DNA from: Bacteroidales bacterium
Lineage (GTDB): Bacteria > Bacteroidota > Bacteroidia > Bacteroidales > JAIOZK01
NCBI GenBank assembly: GCA_021740625.1
Contig: JAIOZK010000021.1
Span: 2,289-66,288 of the forward strand
Direction of reading: 5' to 3'
DNA: 64,000 nt
Part shown: piece after piece, positions 1 through 7,270 of the stretch
How the letters are laid out: every line of letters starts with the position of its first letter
How positions within the stretch are numbered: position 1 is the stretch's first letter
Program-made: the position numbers and the translations under genes
Notes under the pieces: generated by a model
What the model was told of the DNA's origin: nothing
The model's database searches: none
The model's input: the letters and a program-made list of their open reading frames with translations, nothing else

Positions 1-2151
1 GAGGAATCTTTCGAGTCTTGCACTTGAATGCTCGGGTCCCTGGCCTTCATATCCATGTGGAAGATAGATCACCAGGTCATTCATGACATTCCATTTTTCT
101 TCTGCGCTGCTGATGAACTGGTCGATTATGATCTGGCCCCCGTTGTTGAAATCGCCGAACTGAGCTTCCCAGATGGTCAGGTTATGAGGTGAAACAAGCG
201 AGTAACCATATTCAAAACCCAGTACACCGTATTCATTCAGGGGGGAATTATAAACTTCAAAAAGAGCTTGCTTCTTGCTGATATTGTTCAGGGGAACATA
301 CTCTTCTTCCGAGTCTTCAACGCGCAATACCGAATGCCTGTGTGAAAAAGTACCCCTTGCTGAATCCTGTCCGCTCAGTCGTACCGGGATGTTCTCATCA
401 AGCAGGGTTCCGTAGGCAAGCAGCTCTCCCATGGCCCAGTCAAGTTTGCCGGGCTTGTGAAGCATGTCATTGCGCTGCTTCTGCATGTTCAGGGTTTTTC
501 GAAAAAATTTCTTGTCCTCAGGCAGCTTCGTGATCTTCCTGGCAATCCTGAACAAGGTTTTTTCATCCACACTGGTATCAGGAGATTCCTGAAAGTCTTC
601 TGTATCTGCCTTTTCTATTTCTTCCCAGCTTTCTTCATAGATGGATTCAATATGGGCTTTTTTAATTTCTTTGGCTTTTTCAAGGCTTTTTTCAAGGGAA
701 TTGTTGATCCGGTTTTCGATTTCCTTGCATTCCTCTTCTCTAAAGTCGCCCTGTTCGATCAGTTTCTTGCGGTAGATTTCCTGTGGGTTTTCATGCTTCG
801 CGATCAACTTATAAAGCAGAGGTTGTGTGAAACGAGGTTCGTCACCTTCATTATGTCCGTATTTCCTGTAGCACAAAAGATCGATGAATACATCTTTTTT
901 GAATTTTGCACGGTATTCCAGCGCCAGTTGCACAGTGTAAACCACTGATTCCACATCATCCCCGTTCACGTGGAACACGGGTGATTGCGTTACCTTCGCA
1001 ACATCTGTAGAATAGGTGCTGGTGCGTGCATCCAGGTAATTGGTGGTAAACCCGATCTGATTATTGATGACCAGGTGAACCGTTCCCCCGGTCTGGTAGC
1101 CCAAAAGACCAGACATTTGCAATACTTCGTACACGACGCCCTGCCCGGCAATAGAGGCATCACCATGAATCATGATCGGGGCTAGCCTGCCGTAGTCGCC
1201 TTTGTAATCTGTATCGATTTTAGCCCTGGAAATACCTTCCACAACGGGATCTACTGCTTCGAGATGGCTTGGATTGGGACTCAGCGAGAGTTTTATTTTA
1301 TTACCCGAGGTTGTTTCGCGCTGGCATGTGTATCCAAGGTGGTATTTCACATCACCCAGGATGTGCTCTTCATCATATTCAATCTCTTTGAACTCATGAA
1401 AAATGTTTTCATAGGGCTTCTTCATGATATTGCCCAGCACGTTCAAACGTCCGCGGTGAGCCATACCAATGATAAACTCCTTGATTCCGAGTTCGTCACC
1501 TTTTTCAAGAATAGCATCCATGGCAGGAATTATGGATTCTGCACCTTCGAGGGAGAATCTCTTTTGACCGGGGAATCTTTTGTGGATAAATTTTTCGAAA
1601 AGAACCGCCCTGCTCAGGTTCCTGAATATAAACCTCTTTTCTTCTTTGTTGAAAGGATAGGTGTTTTTGCTCTTTTCCATTTTTTGCCGGAGCCATTTGT
1701 TTTGCTCGGGTTTGCGTATGTAAAAGAACTCGGCTCCTACCGATTGACAGTATGTTTGCTGCAAATGGTCAATTATTTCCCTCAGACTGGCTTTTCCGAT
1801 TCCAATCTCACTACCCGCACTGAATGTTTTGTCGAGGTCTTTGTTGCTCAGGCCGTAATTCTCAATATCAAGCTTTGGACTGTATTGCCGGCGTGTTCTA
1901 ACCGGATTTGTTTTGGTAAACAGATGCCCCCTTCTGCGGTAATCGTTGATCAGGTTGATAACTTTAAACTCATCCGGGTATAGCTGGCTTTCTGTTAAAG
2001 TTCCTGAATCATATTGTTTTGAGGCAAATTCAAAGCCTTCAAAAAATTTTTGCCATCCGGTATCAACACTTTCAGGATTATCGAGATACTTCTGGTAAAG
2101 ATTTTCAATTGCAGATGGGTCTGAATTATTGATATATGAGAATTTATCCAT
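1..2151 (-). CDS. sucA: 2-oxoglutarate dehydrogenase E1 component, 3' end beyond the left edge of the window
   Basis: The minus frame is open from ATG at 2151 to the window edge. It is absent from the ORF track because it runs off the edge. The N-terminus reads MDKFSYINNSDPSAIENLYQKYLDNPESVDTGWQKFFEGFEFA. The in-frame ThDP-binding stretch IHGDASIAGQGVVYEVLQMSGLLGYQTGGT is the reverse complement of about 1090-1180. The + ORFs 457..948 and 1264..1983 are antisense shadows. Confidence 0.9.
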   Translation of the reverse strand, partial: MDKFSYINNSDPSAIENLYQKYLDNPESVDTGWQKFFEGFEFASKQYDSGTLTESQLYPDEFKVINLINDYRRRGHLFTKTNPVRTRRQYSPKLDIENYGLSNKDLDKTFSAGSEIGIGKASLREIIDHLQQTYCQSVGAEFFYIRKPEQNKWLRQKMEKSKNTYPFNKEEKRFIFRNLSRAVLFEKFIHKRFPGQKRFSLEGAESIIPAMDAILEKGDELGIKEFIIGMAHRGRLNVLGNIMKKPYENIFHEFKEIEYDEEHILGDVKYHLGYTCQRETTSGNKIKLSLSPNPSHLEAVDPVVEGISRAKIDTDYKGDYGRLAPIMIHGDASIAGQGVVYEVLQMSGLLGYQTGGTVHLVINNQIGFTTNYLDARTSTYSTDVAKVTQSPVFHVNGDDVESVVYTVQLALEYRAKFKKDVFIDLLCYRKYGHNEGDEPRFTQPLLYKLIAKHENPQEIYRKKLIEQGDFREEECKEIENRINNSLEKSLEKAKEIKKAHIESIYEESWEEIEKADTEDFQESPDTSVDEKTLFRIARKITKLPEDKKFFRKTLNMQKQRNDMLHKPGKLDWAMGELLAYGTLLDENIPVRLSGQDSARGTFSHRHSVLRVEDSEEEYVPLNNISKKQALFEVYNSPLNEYGVLGFEYGYSLVSPHNLTIWEAQFGDFNNGGQIIIDQFISSAEEKWNVMNDLVIYLPHGYEGQGPEHSSARLERFL

Positions 2152-2178
2152 ACAGTTTGTAATACTCTTACTGGCTTA

Positions 2179-2186
2179 CAAAGTTA
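2179..2186 (-). promoter_or_regulatory. Bacteroidota-type -7 box TAACTTTG upstream of sucA
   Basis: The plus strand reads caaagtta, which is TAACTTTG on the minus strand. This matches the TAnnTTTG consensus and lies 28 nt upstream of the ATG at 2151. Confidence 0.4.
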
Positions 2187-2322
2187 CATTTTTTTAACTT
2201 ATTTAAAACGAATTTAATTAAGCTAAATTATTTGCAAAAAGGGCATGAAAAAAGTCCGTTAGCGAAGAGCACACGGACTTTCAGATGTTCTATTTATTTT
2301 CGTATTTCTGGCAATTTAGTTT

Positions 2323-2490
2323 TTATTCCGGCTCAATGGCTTCTACCGGACAAACATCAGCGCATGATCCACAGTCTGTGCAGATATCAGGGTCAATTAC
2401 ATAAATGTCGCCTTCCGAAATTGCATCTACCGGACATTCGTCGATGCAAGTACCACAAGCCGTGCAATCTTCTGTTATTTTGTAAGCCAT
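2323..2490 (-). CDS. 2x[4Fe-4S] ferredoxin, 55 aa
   Basis: Hand translation of the minus strand gives MAYKITEDCTACGTCIDECPVDAISEGDIYVIDPDICTDCGSCADVCPVEAIEPE followed by a stop. It carries two CxxCxxCxxxCP cluster motifs. It is too short (under 60 aa) for the supplied ORF track. The + ORF 2232..2492 is its shadow. Confidence 0.85.
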   Translation of the reverse strand: MAYKITEDCTACGTCIDECPVDAISEGDIYVIDPDICTDCGSCADVCPVEAIEPE

Positions 2491-2534
2491 AATGTAAAAG
2501 ATTTAATTGTTAATAATTGTTTGTTTTCTGCCTG

Positions 2535-2542
2535 CAAATATA
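2535..2542 (-). promoter_or_regulatory. -7 box TATATTTG upstream of the ferredoxin gene
   Basis: The plus strand reads caaatata, which is TATATTTG on the minus strand, about 45 nt upstream of the ATG at 2490. Confidence 0.35.
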
Positions 2543-2814
2543 TACAGTTTCTTGTTAAAATGATTAAAAACAGCAATTTATAGGTATTCTAAATTACATA
2601 TTTTTAATGCTTAATCTCCTTTCTGTTAATTTATTAACATTACTATACAATACAAACAAATATTCAGGTGTTATATTGCCTGAATGAATTATTGTTTCAC
2701 AAAAAGTTTTACGGTGATAATCAGGTGAGCAACTGCAATTAGAAATCAATCTAATTAAGGATTCTGTGTTAAAATTTTGTTAAGAATTGTTGGTACTGTA
2801 CAGAAAATTACCTG

Positions 2815-2822
2815 TAACTTTG
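2815..2822 (+). promoter_or_regulatory. -7 box TAACTTTG upstream of korA
   Basis: taactttg lies 28 nt upstream of the ATG at 2850. The box and the spacing are the same as for sucA. Confidence 0.4.
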
Positions 2823-2849
2823 TCACGGTATTTCAAGCATAAAATTATA

Positions 2850-4700
2850 ATGAGCACGAAGAAAAACAAGCTTGTTGAGAAAAGGGAAGATGTGGTGATC
2901 CGATTCGCTGGTGATTCAGGCGACGGGATGCAATTGACCGGTTCATTGTTCTCTGATTCCACTGCATTTGCAGGAAATGATTTTGCAACCTTTCCTGATT
3001 ATCCCGCCGAGATCAGGGCTCCACAGGGAACCGTGGCAGGTGTATCAGGTTTTCAGGTGCATTTTGGTCATACCAACATTCATACTTCTGGCGACCTTGC
3101 CGATGTGTTGGTGGCGATGAACCCAGCATCCCTGAAAGCCAATCTCAGGTGGTTGAAAGACAATGCCACCATTATCCTTGATACAAATGCTTTCGTTGAA
3201 AAGGCTTTTGAAAAGGCAGGCTATGATGATAATCCTCTCGAAAAGGAGGAACTGCAGGGATATAACATCATCAAAGCCCCTATATCGGAGATGACCAAAA
3301 AGGCAGTACAGGATCTTGATCTTGAAGTAAAAACAGCACTGAAAAGCAAAAATATGTTCGCCCTGGGTGTTGTGCTTTATCTCTTCAATCGAAAACTGGA
3401 TAAGGTTTTTCATGCATTCGAGGAGAAATTCAGATCGAATCCTGTCGTTGTTGAGGCCAACAAAAGGGTTTTGCAGGCAGGATTTAATTTCGCAGAAACG
3501 GTAGAAGCCATCAATCCTACTTTTAATGTAGAACCGGCTGAACTGGCCAAAGGTCTTTACCGCAATATTACAGGAAATACCGCCACTGCCTGGGGATTTA
3601 TAGCAGCCTCTGAAAATTCTGGCAGGCAACTGTTTTTGGGTTCCTATCCCATCACACCCGCTTCGGAAATACTGCAGGAACTAACCAAGCACAAAGAGTT
3701 GGGCGTTAAGGCCTTACAGGCTGAAGATGAGATTGCAGGTATTTGTTCTGCAATCGGTGCCAGTTATACAGGTTCTTTGGCGATAACAACAACTTCCGGT
3801 CCTGGTCTTTCATTGAAAAGCGAGGCCATCGGCCTGGCTGTTATGACAGAACTTCCTATTGTAATCGTTGATGTGCAAAGGGGAGGACCTTCTACAGGAT
3901 TGCCCACCAAGTCGGAACAATCGGATTTGATGCAAGCCCTATTTGGCAGGAACGGAGATTGTCCTGCCATTGTGATCGCTGCCAAAAGTCCGACGGATTG
4001 TTTTTATGCTGCCTACAAAGCTTCCAAGATTTCTATGGAGCATATGACATCTGTAATTCTGCTTACCGATGGTTCTCTTGCCAATGGCTCGGAGATCTTC
4101 AAGATTCCATCAGTTTCTGATATGGAGAAAATTGAGCCTCCCCTGGCCAAAGCAAATGATAAAAAATTTAAACCCTACCGCAGGGATGAAGAGAAATTAC
4201 GCCGGCAATGGGCCATTCCCGGAACGGAGGGGTTAAGACACCGGGTAGGCGGCCTCGAAAAAGACAGTGTGAACGGAAATGTTTCCCATGATCCCGTGAA
4301 CCATCAATTAATGACTGACCTGAGAGCCAGGAAAGTTGAAAAAGTTGCTGATTATTTGCCCGAACAGGAAGTTATCGGAAACGAGTCCGGTGAATTACTG
4401 GTGGTTAGCTGGGGGGGTACTTATGGAGTTATGCTTACAGCAGTAGAAGAAATGCTGAAGGAAGAAAAAAATATTGGTTTCGCTCATTTCAGTCATATTA
4501 ATCCACTGCCCCGAAATACAGAAGATATTTTTAAACGTTTCGACAAAATCCTGGTTTGTGAGTTGAACAATGGACAGTTTATCAATTGGCTTAAAATGAA
4601 TTTCTCTCACAATAACTACTTTGGATTCAACAAAGTTCAGGGTTTACCTTTTATGGTTTCTGAATTAAAAAGACGTTTTAACGAATTATTAAGTAAGTAA
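2850..4700 (+). CDS. korA: 2-oxoglutarate:ferredoxin (2-oxoacid:acceptor) oxidoreductase, alpha subunit with fused gamma-like N-terminal domain
   Basis: This is ORF 2787..4700 with the start moved to MSTKKNK at 2850, downstream of the promoter box. The N-terminal VIRFAGDSGDGMQLTG motif is followed by the alpha-domain GNTATAWGFIAA and SYPITPASEI motifs. Confidence 0.88.
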   Translation: MSTKKNKLVEKREDVVIRFAGDSGDGMQLTGSLFSDSTAFAGNDFATFPDYPAEIRAPQGTVAGVSGFQVHFGHTNIHTSGDLADVLVAMNPASLKANLRWLKDNATIILDTNAFVEKAFEKAGYDDNPLEKEELQGYNIIKAPISEMTKKAVQDLDLEVKTALKSKNMFALGVVLYLFNRKLDKVFHAFEEKFRSNPVVVEANKRVLQAGFNFAETVEAINPTFNVEPAELAKGLYRNITGNTATAWGFIAASENSGRQLFLGSYPITPASEILQELTKHKELGVKALQAEDEIAGICSAIGASYTGSLAITTTSGPGLSLKSEAIGLAVMTELPIVIVDVQRGGPSTGLPTKSEQSDLMQALFGRNGDCPAIVIAAKSPTDCFYAAYKASKISMEHMTSVILLTDGSLANGSEIFKIPSVSDMEKIEPPLAKANDKKFKPYRRDEEKLRRQWAIPGTEGLRHRVGGLEKDSVNGNVSHDPVNHQLMTDLRARKVEKVADYLPEQEVIGNESGELLVVSWGGTYGVMLTAVEEMLKEEKNIGFAHFSHINPLPRNTEDIFKRFDKILVCELNNGQFINWLKMNFSHNNYFGFNKVQGLPFMVSELKRRFNELLSK

Positions 4701-5737
4701 TGATGTCAGATAGTATTGTTAATACCGAAGAAAAGCTAGAGCTTACCAAAGAAGATTTTGTCAGTGATCAGATGGTGAAGTGGTGCCCCGGATGTGGTGA
4801 TCACGCCATCTTGTCATCGGTTGAAAAAGTATTCCCCAAATTAGGTGTAAGGAAAGAAGATTTTGTTGTGGTTTCCGGGATCGGATGTTCATCCAGATTC
4901 CCTTATTATATGAATACCTATGGAATTCATGGAATCCACGGCCGGGCTGCAGCCATCGCTACAGGAGTTAAATTGTCCAATCCAAAACTGTGTGTCTGGA
5001 TGATTACCGGCGACGGCGATTGCATGGCCATCGGTGGCAATCACTTTATTCATATGGTAAGAAGGAATATTGATCTGAATATTCTCCTGTTCAACAACAA
5101 GATTTATGGCCTTACCAAAGGGCAGTATTCTCCAACAACACCAAGAGGAACACGTACAAAATCATCACCACAGGGTACATTTGAACAGCCTTTTTATGCT
5201 GGTGAACTGGTAATTGGGGCACAAGGTAATTTCTTTGCCCGGGCAGTTGACAACAATCCGAAAATGATGGTGGAGGTGATGTTTGAAGCAGCAAAGCATA
5301 CAGGCGCATCCGTGGTGGAAATTCTCCAGAACTGTGTAATCTTCAACAACAGAATTCACGACATGATTACAAACCGGGAGACCAAGCACGATAACCAACT
5401 GATGTTACGACATGGCAAACCCATGATATTCGGTAAAAACAAAGAGAAAGGAATTGTTTTGGAAGGTACCCAATTGAAAGTTGTGAAAATTGGTGAAAAC
5501 GGATACGGGCCTGATGATATACTTGTGCACGATCAAAGCAATCCCGATCCCGGCATACATGTAATGCTTTCCAGGATGAAACCACCTGATTTCCCTGCTG
5601 CCATGGGAGTGATCAGGTCGGTAAAAGCGAAATCATATGAACAGGAAATGACCGATCTTATCGAGCATTCCAAAAAAGATTCAAAAATAAAGTCCACGCA
5701 GGATTTATTGCAAAGTGGCAATACCTGGACGATTTAG
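4700..5737 (+). CDS. korB: 2-oxoglutarate:ferredoxin oxidoreductase, beta (ThDP-binding) subunit
   Basis: The protein carries WCPGCGDH, GIGCSSRFPYY and GDGDCMAIGGNHF motifs. Its start overlaps the korA stop (TAATG), which indicates translational coupling. Confidence 0.9.
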   Translation: MMSDSIVNTEEKLELTKEDFVSDQMVKWCPGCGDHAILSSVEKVFPKLGVRKEDFVVVSGIGCSSRFPYYMNTYGIHGIHGRAAAIATGVKLSNPKLCVWMITGDGDCMAIGGNHFIHMVRRNIDLNILLFNNKIYGLTKGQYSPTTPRGTRTKSSPQGTFEQPFYAGELVIGAQGNFFARAVDNNPKMMVEVMFEAAKHTGASVVEILQNCVIFNNRIHDMITNRETKHDNQLMLRHGKPMIFGKNKEKGIVLEGTQLKVVKIGENGYGPDDILVHDQSNPDPGIHVMLSRMKPPDFPAAMGVIRSVKAKSYEQEMTDLIEHSKKDSKIKSTQDLLQSGNTWTI

Positions 5738-5762
5738 CGTATAATCAATACCTGAATAGCAT

Positions 5763-5796
5763 GCCGGATTCATGGGAAATGATCCGGCTTTTTTTT
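5763..5796 (+). terminator. Rho-independent terminator after korB
   Basis: The stem is gccggat (5763-5769) paired with atccggc (5782-5788), with a 12-nt loop. A run of 8 T follows at 5789-5796. Confidence 0.6.
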
Positions 5797-5803
5797 ACAT
5801 TTG
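5796..5803 (+). promoter_or_regulatory. -7 box TACATTTG upstream of tilS
   Basis: tacatttg lies 36 nt upstream of the ATG at 5839 and directly after the korB terminator. Confidence 0.4.
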
Positions 5804-5838
5804 TTACAATTAATGTTATTGGCTTTTGCATTTTGTTT

Positions 5839-7167
5839 ATGCTAAGAGAATTCAAAAGTTTTATTGCCCGGGAAAATTTGGTAAGACCCGAACAGAAGAC
5901 GCTACTGGCAGTGAGCGGGGGAGTTGATTCCATGGTGATGACCGAGCTTTTTTACAGAAGTGGTTTTAAGTTCGGGATTGTACATTGCAATTTCCAGCTC
6001 CGCGGAATAGAAGCCGATGAAGATGAAAGGCTCGTTAAAAGAACCGCTGATTCACTGGGTGTTCCATTTTATTCGAAAAGTTTCGATACGAAGAATTATG
6101 CCAGCAATAACAATATTTCCATTCAGATGGCTGCAAGGGATCTGCGCTATGGCTATTTTGAAGAGGTCAGGAAAAAGCATGATTACAAATCGGTGGCTAC
6201 AGCTCATCACCTGGATGATCAGATCGAAACCTTTTTTATCAACCTGTTGAGAGGAACCGGCATCAGCGGTTTGCACGGAATCAATGTAAAATCAGATACC
6301 ATTATCAGACCGCTCTTGTTTGCCGGCAGAAAGGAAATTGAGAATTACTGCAGAAAGAAAAAAATTGAATACCGCGAAGATGCCTCAAATCAATCTGTGG
6401 CTTACATGCGGAACAAGATACGCTTGAAACTGCTGCCGGTGCTGGCTGAGATCAATGAGGATTACAGGCAGGTTTTTAACACCAATTTCAATCATATTCG
6501 CAGCATCGAAAAAGTATACCAGGACAGGGTAGAAAAGGTGAGAAAAATGCTGATTGCTGAAGATGAAAAAGGTACATGCCGGATTTCAATTGATAATTTG
6601 TTTCATCTTAACCCACTGAATACATTGTTGTATGAAGTATTGTCACCATACAACTTTAAGCTCAGCATCGTGGAGCAATTAATAGAATCCCTGGATGATA
6701 TACCTGGAAAGCAGTTTTATTCAGATTCGCACAGGATCATCAAAGACAGGGATGAACTGATCATTTCACCCCTGCATTATCCTGAAGAAGGCGAGTACCT
6801 AATCGGACCTGCTAAAGAAAGCATTGATGAACCCATTCATTTGAAAATGTCGGTAGAACCATATAATGAAAATTTTGTACTTCCTATCGTTTCCGAAATC
6901 GCCTGCCTGGATTACGAGCTGTTGAAATTTCCCTTGCGACTGAGAAAATGGAAGAAGGGTGATGCTTTCAGACCTCTGGGAATGCACGGCAAAAAAAAGC
7001 TCAGCGATTATTTCACCGATAATAAGTTTTCCATTAACCAGAAAGAGAATGCCTGGCTTTTATTGTCGGGAGATAAAATTGTATGGGTTGTAGGACACCG
7101 CTTAGACGAGCGTTTTAAGATTACTGCTGCAACAAGGCGGGTATATGTTGTGCAATTTATAAAATAG
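5839..7167 (+). CDS. tilS: tRNA(Ile)-lysidine synthase
   Basis: The protein has the PP-loop LLAVSGGVDSMV and HHLDDQIETFFINLLRGTG motifs. The start is moved from 5761 to MLREF at 5839 because the korB terminator and a -7 box lie inside the longer ORF. Confidence 0.85.
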   Translation: MLREFKSFIARENLVRPEQKTLLAVSGGVDSMVMTELFYRSGFKFGIVHCNFQLRGIEADEDERLVKRTADSLGVPFYSKSFDTKNYASNNNISIQMAARDLRYGYFEEVRKKHDYKSVATAHHLDDQIETFFINLLRGTGISGLHGINVKSDTIIRPLLFAGRKEIENYCRKKKIEYREDASNQSVAYMRNKIRLKLLPVLAEINEDYRQVFNTNFNHIRSIEKVYQDRVEKVRKMLIAEDEKGTCRISIDNLFHLNPLNTLLYEVLSPYNFKLSIVEQLIESLDDIPGKQFYSDSHRIIKDRDELIISPLHYPEEGEYLIGPAKESIDEPIHLKMSVEPYNENFVLPIVSEIACLDYELLKFPLRLRKWKKGDAFRPLGMHGKKKLSDYFTDNKFSINQKENAWLLLSGDKIVWVVGHRLDERFKITAATRRVYVVQFIK

Positions 7168-7252
7168 TCTAAATTTCATCAGCACACAATATTTTTGATA
7201 AGCAACCCTTTAGCATCTTGTGGTTGTCATACATCCCAAACGGATAAATCAG

Positions 7253-7260
7253 TACTTTTG
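7253..7260 (+). promoter_or_regulatory. -7 box TACTTTTG upstream of the DsbD-like gene
   Basis: tacttttg lies 10 nt upstream of the ATG at 7271, which implies a very short leader. Confidence 0.3.
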
Positions 7261-7270
7261 CATTTTGAAA

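Noticed and set aside
457-1983. Two long + strand ORFs (457..948 and 1264..1983)
   Set aside because: Their translations are Phe/Leu-rich nonsense. They lie antisense to an open minus-strand frame with unmistakable 2-oxoglutarate dehydrogenase E1 motifs, so they are shadow ORFs.
5761-5838. N-terminal extension of tilS (MPDSWEMIRLFFTFVTINVIGFCILF)
   Set aside because: The extension contains the korB rho-independent terminator and a TACATTTG promoter box, and the PP-loop domain starts shortly after the Met at 5839.
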